A stretch of DNA of 64,000 nt, from the NCBI GenBank assembly GCA_016710685.1, contig JADJVC010000001.1, positions 72,948 through 136,947 of the forward strand, in the 5' to 3' direction. The translations under genes and the position numbers were made by a program. Source of the DNA: Flavobacteriales bacterium. GTDB taxonomy: Bacteria; Bacteroidota; Bacteroidia; Flavobacteriales_F; PHOS-HE28. The notes below the pieces were generated by a model. That model made no database searches, had not been told where the DNA came from, and worked only from the letters and a program-made list of their open reading frames with translations. Shown here in pieces: positions 40,664 through 51,974 of this stretch (positions are counted from its first letter, which is position 1; each line of letters starts with the position of its first letter).

Positions 40664-41626
40664 TCACCAAGCAGCCCGCAACAAGCCCAGCAGCTCATCT
40701 TCCTTGGGTGCTGTGGCCACTAATTTCTTGTCGGAATTTTTGCTCCCATCATACGTCCCGCTAGTAGTGGCCTGAGTCGGCATCGGGGGAGGGGTGGCCT
40801 TTTCCAGCTTAGGCGACGCTTTGGCAAGGTCATCCTCGGCTTCATCGGCTATGGCGGGGTTTTGCAATACGGCACCACCTGCCGGTTGTGTGCGCTCCCT
40901 TTCTGTGGTCTTGGCCCGAGCGGTTTCGTTCGATTGGACGTTATCGTATTTCTGCGTTTCAACTAACTCTTCGACTCGACCAATTGCGGAGGCATCTTGT
41001 TCATGGGAAGCTGGTTCAACAACCGATGCCGTTGCGTTTTGCTTGGCTTCTGAATCATATTGACCCGGTGCTTGAGCAGGCTCCATCGGCGCGCTTTCGC
41101 TTGCCGTAGTGCGCGTGTCAACGCTCGCACTATTCGTGTCCATCAGCCCGCCGACCGTTTCAGTCGCAGCAGGAGCAACGGGTTCTGCCGGAGCTTCCTT
41201 CTTCACCTCTTTCAATTCCGCCAACACTTTGTTTCCATCCGTTTCCATGTTCCGCAAGGTGAGCAACGATGCGAACACCAGCACGGCCACCGTTCCCAGG
41301 GCCAGTGCGGGCCGCCAGTACTGCGCGGGCTGTTTCGGCATAAGGAAACCGCCCACGCTGTTCAACCAGATCTGCCATTGCGGCTTTTGCTGATCGCGGA
41401 ACGCTTGCAACACATGCGCGCGCACTTTCGGGGGGGCATCCATCGTGCCTTGCGCCGTGCGGTCTTCGCGCACATGCAACAGCAGCGCGCGCATCCGCTC
41501 GTATTCCGCGCGGTCGGCGAGGTGGCGCAAGGCGTAAGCACGCTCTTCCTCCAGCAGCTCGTCGAAGCGCCGCTCCAGCATCAAATGCTCCAGGTCTTCG
41601 GGGTCGTATCGTTCCGTGGGTTCCAT
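40664..41626 (-). CDS. putative anti-sigma factor (single transmembrane helix, Ala/Pro/Glu-rich periplasmic tail)
   Basis: Immediately downstream of the ECF sigma factor; central transmembrane helix (LALGTVAVLVFASLL); low-complexity tail. Confidence 0.55.
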   Translation of the reverse strand: MEPTERYDPEDLEHLMLERRFDELLEEERAYALRHLADRAEYERMRALLLHVREDRTAQGTMDAPPKVRAHVLQAFRDQQKPQWQIWLNSVGGFLMPKQPAQYWRPALALGTVAVLVFASLLTLRNMETDGNKVLAELKEVKKEAPAEPVAPAATETVGGLMDTNSASVDTRTTASESAPMEPAQAPGQYDSEAKQNATASVVEPASHEQDASAIGRVEELVETQKYDNVQSNETARAKTTERERTQPAGGAVLQNPAIADEAEDDLAKASPKLEKATPPPMPTQATTSGTYDGSKNSDKKLVATAPKEDELLGLLRAAW

Positions 41627-41637
41627 GTTACAATGCG

Positions 41638-42246
41638 CTACCGGCGTGCGGTGGGCGCGGTTTCCGTGGGGTTAGGGTTGAATTCGGGCATGCGTTCCGC
41701 CAGCTTCTTCACGGTATAGAAGAGGCGGCTTTTTACGGTGCCTTCGCTGATGCCGAACACGTCGGCGATCTCTTTGATCGACATGTCCTCGTGGTGCCGC
41801 ATCACGAAGGTGGCCTTGTGGTCCGGGTCGATCTTTTCCAGTTCCTCCTCCAGCCGCAGGCTGAAGCGCGCCCGGTCCACTTCCACGCCAGCATTGGGCT
41901 GCACGTGGCCGTTGTGCTCGGCCTTCAGTTCCGGCACCGCCGCCGTGCGCGTGGCCATGCGGCGGTATTCGTTCTTGCACATGTTGTTCGCCACGCTGTA
42001 AAGCCACGTGCGGAAAGGCCGCTCGGGGTTGTAGCTGCCCGGCTTCTGTGCGATCTTGGTGAAGAGGTCCTGCAAGAAGTCCTCGGCGCGCTCGCGGTCG
42101 TGCCACAACATCCGGTGGAAGTAGGTGAGCAGCTTGCGCTGGTAGCGGTCGTAAAGCACGGTGAAGGCCCGTTCGTTGCCGCGCACCACAAGCTCCATCA
42201 GGCGCTCGTCGCTTTGGTCCACGGGGTCGGTGCGGAAAAGGCCCAT
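41638..42246 (-). CDS. RNA polymerase ECF sigma factor (sigma-70 family)
   Basis: Region 2 (FLQDLF..TWLYSVANN) and region 4 helix-turn-helix (MSIKEIADVFGISEGTVKSRL). Confidence 0.85.
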   Translation of the reverse strand: MGLFRTDPVDQSDERLMELVVRGNERAFTVLYDRYQRKLLTYFHRMLWHDRERAEDFLQDLFTKIAQKPGSYNPERPFRTWLYSVANNMCKNEYRRMATRTAAVPELKAEHNGHVQPNAGVEVDRARFSLRLEEELEKIDPDHKATFVMRHHEDMSIKEIADVFGISEGTVKSRLFYTVKKLAERMPEFNPNPTETAPTARR

Positions 42247-42250
42247 GCGT

Positions 42251-43357
42251 TTAGCGAAGAACGCCCGCTTTTTGTAGGTCTTTCAAGGCTCCGGTGGCCT
42301 TTGCCATTCGCTCCAGCTCGGCCTCCAACGCTGTGGCCTTGGCTGTTTCGCCCGCTGCGCGATACTGACCGAGGAGCACAGCGCCCGGCAACAAATAGTT
42401 GTGGCTGAGCGGACCGGCATCCATCGGCTTTTTCATAGCGGCCCAATGCTGCGCGAGCAGGGCATCATCGTCAAGTTTGGCAGGACCAACACGGAATGCC
42501 GCGCCTACTGCATGCAGTTGGCCGGGAAAAGCATCCAGCCAAGTTCTGTCCAAGCTCAGCGCGAAGTACACCGGACGTGTGCTGGAGCGCAGCAGACCCT
42601 TGGCGAAGTCAGGGCCAGCGGCAGAAACCGGGCCCGTGGCACCGGCCTGCTGCCAAGTGCGTTGCCGGTAGCCGAGGTCCGCCAGCAGGCGCCGGTCCAC
42701 GATGAGCAAGCCCGGCTTCGCAGCGCTCTGCACCTGTTGCACCACCGCGGGCTGCGTGTCCATGTCGCCGTTGGTGAAGAGGATGCCGTCCGCAGGCAGG
42801 CTCAACAATACATCCGCAGCGGCGGCCTTCAACGCAGGTGCGACTTCGCCGCGCCTTTGCATTTCGCCCGTCCACTTTTTTAACTCCGTGGCATCGCCGT
42901 CCAGCATCGCCTTGGAGAGCATCGGCGCCAGCAACTCCGTGCGCTCCGGGGCCAAGTTGTAGGCCGTATGCAGCTCGCTGAACGCAGTGGCCTTTGGGAA
43001 GTCCACAAAGTAGTCCGCCAAGTGCTGCTCGAAGCTGCCCGGTGCGGTGGCCTTTATCTCATCCGCGATCTGGTTCAATTGGACTTGGTCCGAAGGCTTC
43101 AAAACCCCATTGTTGTTGCTGATCATGGCATTCTGCTCACTGCGCAGCCAGTTCAACTGGATCAGTGCATTGCTCGGCACATCGGTGTTGGCATCCTTCC
43201 ACTGGGCGGCCTGCGTGTTGGCCACGTTGTTGTCCCAGCCGCCCTGCAGCACGTTCACCGGCGGTGGAGGCGAGGGAGCCGCTTCTTTATCTTGCGCTTG
43301 GGCCGCGCCCAGCAAGGGCAGCAGTGCCAGCAGGAAGATCAGGGAGAGCCTGTTCAT
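42251..43357 (-). CDS. hypothetical secreted protein
   Basis: Signal peptide (MNRLSLIFLLALLPLLGAAQA); no recognisable domain. Confidence 0.5.
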   Translation of the reverse strand: MNRLSLIFLLALLPLLGAAQAQDKEAAPSPPPPVNVLQGGWDNNVANTQAAQWKDANTDVPSNALIQLNWLRSEQNAMISNNNGVLKPSDQVQLNQIADEIKATAPGSFEQHLADYFVDFPKATAFSELHTAYNLAPERTELLAPMLSKAMLDGDATELKKWTGEMQRRGEVAPALKAAAADVLLSLPADGILFTNGDMDTQPAVVQQVQSAAKPGLLIVDRRLLADLGYRQRTWQQAGATGPVSAAGPDFAKGLLRSSTRPVYFALSLDRTWLDAFPGQLHAVGAAFRVGPAKLDDDALLAQHWAAMKKPMDAGPLSHNYLLPGAVLLGQYRAAGETAKATALEAELERMAKATGALKDLQKAGVLR

Positions 43358-43582
43358 GGTTCGGGTTTCGTGGGGCTGTACACGCAAATTGGGGATGGGT
43401 TCAAAGTTCGTTAGGAATTAATAGGGGTGTCAGGTTCCCCGCCAAAGCGCCTTGGCGACGGCGGGTTGTCAATTGTGAGACGGCTATGGAGTAACTTCAA
43501 CACCTGATCATTGCTCGTCATAAAATTCGGCGTTGTCAGCGTTCCAACATTCAGCGTTCCAACCCAGCCCTACCTTTGCCAC

Positions 43583-43859
43583 CATGGAACACGATGAAGC
43601 CCGCGACCGCATGCGCAAGGCCCTCGACATGGTCCACAAATGGCCTGCGGTATATATGTTCAAGTTCATCTTCGAACCGGAGCAGGAGCGCCTGGACGCT
43701 GTGTTGGCACTTTTCCCACCTGAAGCAGAAATCCTCCGCAAGTACAGCAAAGCCGGCAAGTACCTCAGCCTTACAGCCCGCGAAGTGATGCTGAGCGCCG
43801 ATGAAGTCGTAGCGCGCTACGACAAGGCCGCCAAGATCAAGGGCGTTATCGTCCTTTAG
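43583..43859 (+). CDS. DUF493 (YbeD-like) family protein
   Basis: ~92 aa with WPAVYMFKFI motif. Confidence 0.55.
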
Positions 43860-43865
43860 TGCCCC

Positions 43866-44243
43866 ATGTTCGACACCTTACGTACCACCTTGCTCATCAC
43901 GCTGGCCATTCTCGTGGTCGCCGTTGCCATCCGCCGCTACAAGCAGTATATCCGCGAGCAACATACGCCCGTGCCCCGCCATGCGGAACTCCTGAACGTT
44001 GAGGTGGTCTACCATCCATTGCGCGTGCATGTGCTGGTGCGCCTTCCGCGCGAAGAGGAGGTGTTCCCAGCAGTGTTGGGGGCAGACCATTCCCAATTAA
44101 CGAGTTGGCCAGCCATGCGCTTGGGCGCCGGTTCGCACGAACTGGAATTTCCCCTCGCCGCGGATGCCGATGGCGATCTTCACTTTGAACTGGGCAGTTC
44201 CACTCAACGTACGGAGCGCCGCTTCACGGTGCGCAACGCATGA
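43866..44243 (+). CDS. hypothetical membrane-anchored protein
   Basis: N-terminal transmembrane helix; ORF only. Confidence 0.35.
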   Translation: MFDTLRTTLLITLAILVVAVAIRRYKQYIREQHTPVPRHAELLNVEVVYHPLRVHVLVRLPREEEVFPAVLGADHSQLTSWPAMRLGAGSHELEFPLAADADGDLHFELGSSTQRTERRFTVRNA

Positions 44244-44887
44244 AACGCGTGCTGACGGCTTTAATGGTGTTGGCGGTTTCAGCAACGGCATACGCGCAAC
44301 GCGTGCCCGACCCCAAGCCGGCGGCGCAGGGATTCTTGGTACTTCCAGTCGCGCTGGGAAACCCCGTTTTCTCCAATCTCACTTCCGTACTGGCCCAAGT
44401 GGACGGCTGCTTTCAACTGCCCGTTTACAAAGGCTTAGGCCTCGGTGTTGGGGTGAATGCCAGCTTCTTCGAGTTGAACGAGTTCGGCTTGGGGGCGCAG
44501 ACACAGACCCAGGGCTTCGTGAACCGCATTCTCTACTACGGAAAGCTCAATTACGTGCATTACACCGGCCCAGTGACTTTCGTGCAATTGGATGCCAAAT
44601 TCGGCCCCAGCTCGTGGAACTGGAACTGCAGCACCTGCACGGAAAGTGCCCGCCAGCCGGGCTTTCATTGGGGAGTTGATGCTGGATATTTCGTGCACGC
44701 CTCGCCCAACCTCGCCTTCGGCCTTACCGTAGGATACGATGCCGACAACACCAGCTTTGGCCCGGACGTGATCGGCCTGGAGCGTTTTCCCGGTCGCACG
44801 GATACGGGGTCGCCGTACCGTTTCCTCACTGTGGGCTTGGGTTTCAGCACGGGCTTCGCGAAGGCGAGCGGGGAGGGGATGTGGTGA
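44240..44887 (+). CDS. hypothetical outer-membrane beta-barrel-like protein
   Basis: Signal peptide; alternating hydrophobic pattern; terminal aromatic residue. Confidence 0.45.
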   Translation: MKRVLTALMVLAVSATAYAQRVPDPKPAAQGFLVLPVALGNPVFSNLTSVLAQVDGCFQLPVYKGLGLGVGVNASFFELNEFGLGAQTQTQGFVNRILYYGKLNYVHYTGPVTFVQLDAKFGPSSWNWNCSTCTESARQPGFHWGVDAGYFVHASPNLAFGLTVGYDADNTSFGPDVIGLERFPGRTDTGSPYRFLTVGLGFSTGFAKASGEGMW

Positions 44888-44888
44888 G

Positions 44889-45290
44889 TTAGTTGTTAGT
44901 TTTTAGTTGTCAGTTGTCCGGCGTGCTGCCGACGGCGCGCGGGCACAGCGGCCGTTGAGCAAATAGCACATGAGCAACAAGCCCTACTGAACAAGCAGGT
45001 ATAGTCACCCCTTCTCCTTGGGAGAAGGGGCCGGGGGATGAGGGCATTGAGGCCGTAGTGCAAATATCACGGCACGGAAGGTCCCGCTGAAGAAGCAGGA
45101 CGGGTCACCCCTTCTCCTTGGGTGCGGTTCGAGCGCAGCCGAGAACGGGGCCGGGAGATGAGGGCAATGCTACTAAGCGCCAAAGGCGCGCACCTCGCTA
45201 CGCCCGCACTACAAGAGTGACCGGGCCTTCGGCCACTGAGGCCTGACGAACGAACGTCTAACAACCGATAATCGACAACTGAGAACTATG
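44889..45290. repeat. structured intergenic element: ~30-bp terminal inverted repeats flanking two ~110-bp tandem units, each with a CCCCTTCTCC/GGAGAAGGGG hairpin
   Basis: TTAGTTGTTAG..AGTTGTCAGTTGTC versus TAACAACCGATAATCGACAACTGAGAAC; internal units 44970..45080 and 45081..45190. Confidence 0.6.
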
Positions 45291-47886
45291 CCTCAGAATC
45301 AGCCCCACCATCTTCACCCTTGCCAACTTTCTTCTTGGCCTTGGTTACTTTGATGGTTACGTCGCTCTTGTCCTTGTTCAGGCCAACCACGATTTTGTCG
45401 CCATCTTCAACGTGCTGGTTGATGATCTCCTCGGCCATGGGGTCTTCGATGTACTTCTGGATCGCGCGCTTCAATGGGCGTGCGCCGAATTTCTCATCGT
45501 AGCCTTTTTCCGCAAGGAAATCCTTGGCCTCATCGGTGAGCTTCAGGTCGTAGCCCAGTTCGCTGATGCGCTTGTACACATAACCCAACTCGATGTCGAT
45601 GATCTTGTGGATGTCCTCCCGTTTCAGGGAGTTGAACATGATGATGTCGTCGATCCGGTTCAGGAACTCGGGTGCGAAGGCTTTCTTCAACGCTTTTTCC
45701 ACAATGCTGCGGTTGGCGTCCGTGGTGCCTTCCACCTTGGCCTTCGTGCCGAAGCCTACGCCTGCGCCATACTCCTGCAGGTCGCGTGCACCGATGTTGG
45801 AGGTCATGATGATGATGCTGTTCCGGAAGTCGATTCTGCGGCCCAGGCTGTCGGTCATCTGGCCATCGTCCAGCGCTTGCAGCAGGAGGTTGAATACATC
45901 GGGGTGCGCTTTTTCGATCTCATCCAGCAGGATGATGGCGTAAGGCCTGCGGCGCACTTTTTCGGTTAGCTGGCCGCCTTCTTCGTAGCCCACGTAGCCG
46001 GGAGGCGCACCAATGAGGCGGCTCACGGAGAATTTCTCCATGTATTCGCTCATGTCGATGCGGATCAACGCATCGTCCGTGTCGAACATGTAACGCGCCA
46101 GTTCCTTGGCGAGCTGCGTTTTGCCCACGCCGGTGGGACCCAGGAAAATGAAGCTGCCGATGGGGCGGTTGGGGTCTTTCAGCCCGGCACGGTTGCGGCG
46201 GATGGCTTTCACCACTTTGGTGACGGCCTCTTCCTGCCCGATCACTTTGCCCTCCATTTCCTCCTTCATCCGCTGCAGCTTGCCACTTTCCTTTTCGGCG
46301 ATGCGCTGCACGGGTATGCCGCTCATCATGGCCACTACCTCAGCCACGTTGTCCTCGCTTACCTCGGTGCGGTTGCTGCGGCTTTCTTCTTCCCATTTTT
46401 TCTTGGCGGCTTCCAGCTCTTCAAGCAGAATACGCTCGCGGTCGCGCAGCTTGGCGGCTTCTTCGTAGCGCTGGCTGCGCACCACTTTGTTCTTTTCCTC
46501 TTTTACTTCTTCGATCTTCGCTTCCACGTCCAAAATGGCCTGCGGCACCACGATGTTGCTGATGTGGACACGGCTGCCCGCTTCGTCCAAGGCATCAATG
46601 GCTTTGTCCGGCAGGTGGCGGTCGGTGATGTAGCGATTGGTGAGCTTTACACAAGCGGCTATGGCTTCCGGCGTATAGTCCACGTTGTGGTGCTCCTCGT
46701 ATTTCTCCTTGATGTTGTTGAGGATCTGGATGGTCTCATCCACGCTGGTGGGTTCAACGATCACCTTCTGGAAGCGACGCTCCAAAGCGCCGTCCTTTTC
46801 GATGTACTGGCGGAATTCGTCCAAGGTGGTGGCACCGATGCACTGGATCTCGCCACGCGCCAACGCGGGCTTGAACATGTTGCTGGCATCCAGCGATCCG
46901 GATGCGCCGCCCGCGCCCACGATGGTGTGGATCTCGTCGATGAAAAGGATAACGTCAGGGCTGTTTTCCAACTCGTGCATTACGGCCTTCATGCGCTCTT
47001 CAAACTGGCCACGGTATTTCGTTCCCGCTACCAAGCTGGCAATGTCCAACGCTACGATCCGCTTGCCAAACAGCACGCGGCTCACTTTGCGTTGGATGAT
47101 CCGCAGGGCCAAGCCTTCGGCGATGGCGCTTTTGCCCACACCGGGTTCACCGATCAACACGGGGTTGTTCTTCTTCCGGCGTGAAAGGATCTGGCTTACA
47201 CGCTCGATCTCTTTTTCCCGGCCCACAATGGGATCGAGCTTGCCGTCCTCTGCCATTTTGGTGAGGTCACGACCGAAATTGTCCAGCACGGGCGTCTTGC
47301 TCTTGCTGTCTCCGGGCTTCTTCGCGGCGCCGCCGGCACCGCCGCCGCTGAAGCCTTGTCCGCCGCTCTCCTCATCGTCATCGTCGGTGCTTTGCGGACC
47401 TTGTGCCTTTGGCCGTGGACGGGGTGCGATGGAGGTGGGGCCGTCGCCAGCAAGGATAGTCTCCACTTCATGCTTCACGCCTTCATAGTCCACATGGAAC
47501 TTGTGCAGGGCGCGCGTGGCGAGGTTGTCTTGGTCTTTCAGCATGCTCAATAAAACGTGCTCGGTGTCGATCTGTGGGCTTTTGAAGAGCTTCGCTTCGA
47601 GGAAGGTGATCTTCAACATTTTCTCGGCCTGTTTCACCAAGGTGATCTTGTCTTTTTCCGGCGGACGCATGCCACTGGCAGGTTCCATGGCACCTTCCAC
47701 CATTTTGCGCAGGTCCTCCAAGTCCACGTCCATGTGGCGGAGGATCTTCACCGCGTTGCCTTCGCCATCGCGGATCAGGCCCAACAGAATGTGCTCAATG
47801 CCAATGCGGGTGTGCCCCAAGCGCAAGGCTTCTTCACGGCTGAAACCGATGACCTCGCGTACGCGGGGGGAGAATTTTGCGTCCAT
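45286..47886 (-). CDS. clpC: ATP-dependent Clp protease ATP-binding subunit (ClpC-like AAA+ chaperone)
   Basis: Double Clp_N domain, two AAA+ modules, short UVR-like middle domain (QRYEEAAKLRDRERILLEELE). Confidence 0.8.
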   Translation of the reverse strand: MDAKFSPRVREVIGFSREEALRLGHTRIGIEHILLGLIRDGEGNAVKILRHMDVDLEDLRKMVEGAMEPASGMRPPEKDKITLVKQAEKMLKITFLEAKLFKSPQIDTEHVLLSMLKDQDNLATRALHKFHVDYEGVKHEVETILAGDGPTSIAPRPRPKAQGPQSTDDDDEESGGQGFSGGGAGGAAKKPGDSKSKTPVLDNFGRDLTKMAEDGKLDPIVGREKEIERVSQILSRRKKNNPVLIGEPGVGKSAIAEGLALRIIQRKVSRVLFGKRIVALDIASLVAGTKYRGQFEERMKAVMHELENSPDVILFIDEIHTIVGAGGASGSLDASNMFKPALARGEIQCIGATTLDEFRQYIEKDGALERRFQKVIVEPTSVDETIQILNNIKEKYEEHHNVDYTPEAIAACVKLTNRYITDRHLPDKAIDALDEAGSRVHISNIVVPQAILDVEAKIEEVKEEKNKVVRSQRYEEAAKLRDRERILLEELEAAKKKWEEESRSNRTEVSEDNVAEVVAMMSGIPVQRIAEKESGKLQRMKEEMEGKVIGQEEAVTKVVKAIRRNRAGLKDPNRPIGSFIFLGPTGVGKTQLAKELARYMFDTDDALIRIDMSEYMEKFSVSRLIGAPPGYVGYEEGGQLTEKVRRRPYAIILLDEIEKAHPDVFNLLLQALDDGQMTDSLGRRIDFRNSIIIMTSNIGARDLQEYGAGVGFGTKAKVEGTTDANRSIVEKALKKAFAPEFLNRIDDIIMFNSLKREDIHKIIDIELGYVYKRISELGYDLKLTDEAKDFLAEKGYDEKFGARPLKRAIQKYIEDPMAEEIINQHVEDGDKIVVGLNKDKSDVTIKVTKAKKKVGKGEDGGADSEA

Positions 47887-48144
47887 GCTCTACAGTTCGT
47901 TCTATGCGCCTTCCGGCGGATTGTTCATTGATAACGCAGAAGGCAAGCACAAGTTACACGCCTTCTTGGGCGGCAAGCTATCCCTGCCGATCGTCCGCGC
48001 ACTTTCCAAAGGTTGCGGTTTTTTCCACAAAGTTGTTCCCGTTGTGGAAAAACCGGTGGTTCCGGATCGTGCTTTAAGGGTACCTTCGGGGCCGCTTTCG
48101 CAAGGCATGTCCAATAACCGTGCGAGACCTGACAACAGAACATA

Positions 48145-50727
48145 ATGGCAGAAGGAGGAGAAAAGATCATCCCGATCAACATTGAAGACGAAATGAAGAC
48201 CGCCTACATCGACTATTCGATGTCGGTGATCGTGGCAAGGGCATTGCCTGACGTGCGCGACGGCCTGAAGCCAGTACACCGCCGTGTGCTCTTCGGCATG
48301 GAAGGGCTTGGCATGTCCAGCGGCCGTCCGTACAAGAAAAGCGCCCGTCTGGTGGGTGAAGTGCTCGGTAAGTACCACCCCCACGGTGATCAAAGCGTAT
48401 ACGATGCCATGGTGCGCATGGCCCAGGAGTGGAGCATGCGCTACCAGCTCGTGGACGGCCAAGGCAACTTCGGCAGCATCGATGGTGACAGTCCGGCAGC
48501 GATGCGTTACACCGAGGTGCGCATGCGCAAGTTTGCCGAAGAGGTGATGGCCGACCTCGACAAGGAGACGGTGGACATGCGCCCCACCTTCGACGATACG
48601 CTCGAAGAACCCACGGTTATGCCAACGCGCGTCCCCAACCTGCTGGTAAACGGCGGGTCAGGCATCGCCGTAGGTATGGCCACCAACATGCCGCCGCACA
48701 ACCTCACCGAGGTCTGCAACGGCATTATGGCCTACATCGAGAACCGCGACATCGACGTGGCGGGTTTGATGGAGCACATCAAAGGTCCCGACTTTCCAAC
48801 AGGCGGCATCATCTACGGAACCGATGGCGTTCGGGAAGCCTACGAGACCGGCCGTGGTCGCGTGGTACTGCGTGCAAAGTGCCACATTGAAGAAGATCCT
48901 AAGACCGGCCGCGAAACGATCATCGTAACCGAGATTCCCTTCCAAGTGAACAAAGCTGTGCAGCTCTACAAAGGTGTTGCGGACTTGGTTAACGACAAGC
49001 GGATCGAGGGCATCAGCGACGTGAACGACTACAGCGACCGTAAGGGTATTCGCTTAGCGTACGACGTGAAGCGGGAGGCCATGGGTACCGTGGTACTCAA
49101 CCAGTTGTACAAGTACAGCTCACTGCAAACCAGCTTCAGCGTAAACAACATTGCGCTGGTGCATGGCCGCCCGGTTCTGTTGGGCCTCAAGCCTATGATC
49201 CACCACTTCGTGGAACACCGGCATGATGTGGTAGTGCGCCGCACGAAGTTCGATCTGCGCAAAGCGGAAGAACGTGCCCACATCTTAGAAGGTCTGTTGA
49301 TCGCGCTGGACCATTTGGACGAAGTGATCAAACTGATCCGCGCCAGCCAAACACCAGACATTGCTCGCGAGGGATTGATGAGCACCTTCGGCCTCAGCGA
49401 GATCCAAGCCCGCGCCATTCTGGACATGCGCCTGCAGCGCCTCACCGGCCTGGAGCGCGACAAGATCCGTGAAGAGCATGCCGAGTTGATGAAGCTCATT
49501 GACCACCTCCGGGCGATCCTCGCCAACGAGAGCATGCGGTATGACATCATCAAGGCGGAGACCTTGGAGATCCGCGACAAATACGGCGACGAGCGCCGCA
49601 CCCAGATCGTGCATTCCAGCGGTGACATGAGCATGGAAGACCTCATAGCGGATGACGCCGTGGTGGTCACCATCAGCCACTTGGGCTACATCAAGCGCAC
49701 CAGCCTGAACGAATTCCGCACACAAGGGCGCGGCGGCGTGGGCAGCCGTGGCAGTACCACCCGCGATGAGGACTTCCTGGAGCACCTCTTCGTGGCAACC
49801 AACCACAATTACTTGCTCATCTTCACCCAGAAAGGTCGCTGCTATTGGATGCGCGTCTTCGACATTCCGGAAGGCAGCCGCCAAAGCAAGGGCCGCGCCA
49901 TCCAGAACATGGTGCAGCTGGAAGGCGACGACAAAGTGCTCGCCTACATCAACGTGACCGACCTGAAGACCGAAGAATATTTGGAGAACCATTTCGTGGT
50001 GCTCGTAACCAAGAAGGGCGTGATCAAGAAGACAACGCTGAAAGCCTACAGTCGTCCGCGTTCCAACGGCATCATCGCGGTGAACATCCGCGAAGGCGAC
50101 GAACTGCTGGAAGCCAAGCTCACCAGTGGAACCAGCCACATTGTCATTGCCAGTAAAGCGGGCAAGGCCGTCCACTTTGAAGAAGATCGCGTGCGGCCCA
50201 TGGGCCGCAATGCCAGCGGCGTGCGCGGTATGATGCTCGCCGACGACAAGGACGAAGTAGTAGGCATGGTGACGTTGGACGGGGAGGAGTCCGCCACCAC
50301 ACAAGTGCTCGTTGTAAGTGAAAAGGGCTACGGAAAGCGCAGCCCTGTTGACGATTACCGAATCACCAACCGTGGCGGAAAAGGCGTGAAGACCATTCAG
50401 GTCACCGACAAGACCGGACCGCTCATCGCCATCAAGTCCGTGAAAGAGGACGACCAGTTGATGATCATCAACCGCAGCGGCATTACCATCCGGATGAACC
50501 TGACTGAAATGCGCGTGCTGGGCCGTGCCACACAAGGTGTGCGCCTCATCGAACTGCGCAAAAACGACTCCATTGCTGCCGTAGCGAAGGTGGACAGCAG
50601 CCTCGCGGAAGATGAAGAAAGCGAGAATGGTGAGGGCGCCGAGGGAGCTGAAGGCAGCGGAGAAAACCCCGGCCAGAGCGGAGAAAGTGAGAATGGCACC
50701 GAAATTGAAGGTACCCCGGAAGCATGA
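48145..50727 (+). CDS. gyrA: DNA gyrase subunit A
   Basis: Full-length GyrA with active-site Tyr region (AMRYTEVRM) and C-terminal beta-pinwheel repeats. Confidence 0.95.
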   Translation: MAEGGEKIIPINIEDEMKTAYIDYSMSVIVARALPDVRDGLKPVHRRVLFGMEGLGMSSGRPYKKSARLVGEVLGKYHPHGDQSVYDAMVRMAQEWSMRYQLVDGQGNFGSIDGDSPAAMRYTEVRMRKFAEEVMADLDKETVDMRPTFDDTLEEPTVMPTRVPNLLVNGGSGIAVGMATNMPPHNLTEVCNGIMAYIENRDIDVAGLMEHIKGPDFPTGGIIYGTDGVREAYETGRGRVVLRAKCHIEEDPKTGRETIIVTEIPFQVNKAVQLYKGVADLVNDKRIEGISDVNDYSDRKGIRLAYDVKREAMGTVVLNQLYKYSSLQTSFSVNNIALVHGRPVLLGLKPMIHHFVEHRHDVVVRRTKFDLRKAEERAHILEGLLIALDHLDEVIKLIRASQTPDIAREGLMSTFGLSEIQARAILDMRLQRLTGLERDKIREEHAELMKLIDHLRAILANESMRYDIIKAETLEIRDKYGDERRTQIVHSSGDMSMEDLIADDAVVVTISHLGYIKRTSLNEFRTQGRGGVGSRGSTTRDEDFLEHLFVATNHNYLLIFTQKGRCYWMRVFDIPEGSRQSKGRAIQNMVQLEGDDKVLAYINVTDLKTEEYLENHFVVLVTKKGVIKKTTLKAYSRPRSNGIIAVNIREGDELLEAKLTSGTSHIVIASKAGKAVHFEEDRVRPMGRNASGVRGMMLADDKDEVVGMVTLDGEESATTQVLVVSEKGYGKRSPVDDYRITNRGGKGVKTIQVTDKTGPLIAIKSVKEDDQLMIINRSGITIRMNLTEMRVLGRATQGVRLIELRKNDSIAAVAKVDSSLAEDEESENGEGAEGAEGSGENPGQSGESENGTEIEGTPEA

Positions 50728-50744
50728 CCCAAGTAACACTTAAC

Positions 50745-51917
50745 ATGAAACAGTTTTTCATTGCGGCCGCATTGGCCGTCCCGTTCGCCCTGCACGCGCA
50801 GAACAGCGCCGTGGTAAGCGCCTATAACTACATGGGCGACGGCGACTACGACAAAGCCGCCGAGTACATTGAACCGGCAGTTACCAATGAAACCACGGCC
50901 GGTAAGGAAAAGACCTGGCGCTACCGCGGTGCCATCTATGCCCACATCGCAATGGGTACCGACGAGGCACTGAAGGCCAAGTACCCCAATTCGGCAGACA
51001 AGGCCGTTGAAAGCTACATCAAAGCTAAAGAGCTCGACACCAAGGACAGCTACAAGGAAGAGAACGACCGCGCTTTGCTCAATTTGCAGATCACAGCGCT
51101 GAACGGTGGTAACGACGCTTTCAACAAGAAAGACTACGACAAGGCCATCGCCGGTTACATGCAAAGCGAGAAGATCGCCAAGGCTTTCGGGCAGGTGGAC
51201 AGCAACGCCGTGTTCAACAGCGCACTGGCCTACGAAGCCAAGGGAGACACCAGCATGGCCATGCAGCAGTACGAAAAGTGCATCCAGATCGGTTACGACA
51301 AGCCCGAAGTGTACCGCTACCTCGCCACCATGAAGAAGCGCACCGGCGACTTGGATGGAGCTATCGCCACCACCAGGGCCGGCTTGGCCAAGTACGGCGA
51401 AAACAAGGAAATGATGCTGGACCTCGTGGCCTTCCTGCTGGATGCTAACCGCATGGATGAAGCGGAGACCAGCGTGAAAGCCGCCATTGATAAGGATCCC
51501 ACCAACCCCGTGCTCTACTCCGTGCTCGGCAGCCTGTACGACGGCAAGGCCAACCCGCAAGAAGGCACTGTGGCCGAAGCCGACATGGTAAAATGGTACG
51601 ACCTGGCGGAAGCTGCTTACAAAAAGAGCATTGAAGTGGATCCAACCTTCTTCGACAGCTACTACAACATCGGTGTGCTCTACAACAACCGCGCGGCCTT
51701 CGAATACGAAAAGTGCAACGCCATCAAGGACGACGCGAAGTACAGCGCTTGCAAGAAAGCCGCAGACGAGATCTACCTCAAGACCATTCCATACTTCGAA
51801 AAGGCCCACGAACTGAAGCCTGACGACCGCGCCAGCATGGAGCAACTGAAGAAACTCTACGCCAAAACCGCCGACACGGAAAAGTACAACGCCATCAAAA
51901 AGGAACTGGGCGAATAA
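50745..51917 (+). CDS. tetratricopeptide repeat (TPR) protein, secreted
   Basis: Signal peptide followed by multiple TPR-like helices. Confidence 0.7.
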   Translation: MKQFFIAAALAVPFALHAQNSAVVSAYNYMGDGDYDKAAEYIEPAVTNETTAGKEKTWRYRGAIYAHIAMGTDEALKAKYPNSADKAVESYIKAKELDTKDSYKEENDRALLNLQITALNGGNDAFNKKDYDKAIAGYMQSEKIAKAFGQVDSNAVFNSALAYEAKGDTSMAMQQYEKCIQIGYDKPEVYRYLATMKKRTGDLDGAIATTRAGLAKYGENKEMMLDLVAFLLDANRMDEAETSVKAAIDKDPTNPVLYSVLGSLYDGKANPQEGTVAEADMVKWYDLAEAAYKKSIEVDPTFFDSYYNIGVLYNNRAAFEYEKCNAIKDDAKYSACKKAADEIYLKTIPYFEKAHELKPDDRASMEQLKKLYAKTADTEKYNAIKKELGE

Positions 51918-51936
51918 GCTTTTGCTCCTTCATCAT

Positions 51937-51968
51937 AGAAAAGCCCGGCCGCAAGCCGGGCTTTTCTG
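51937..51968 (+). terminator. rho-independent terminator
   Basis: AAAGCCCGGC-CGCA-GCCGGGCTTTTCT. Confidence 0.65.
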
Positions 51969-51974
51969 TAAGCA

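Noticed and set aside
45286-47886. Calling the AAA+ chaperone ClpB rather than ClpC
   Set aside because: The middle domain is short and UVR-like (QRYEEAAKLRDRER), not the long ClpB coiled-coil. I therefore labelled it ClpC-like. Some uncertainty remains.
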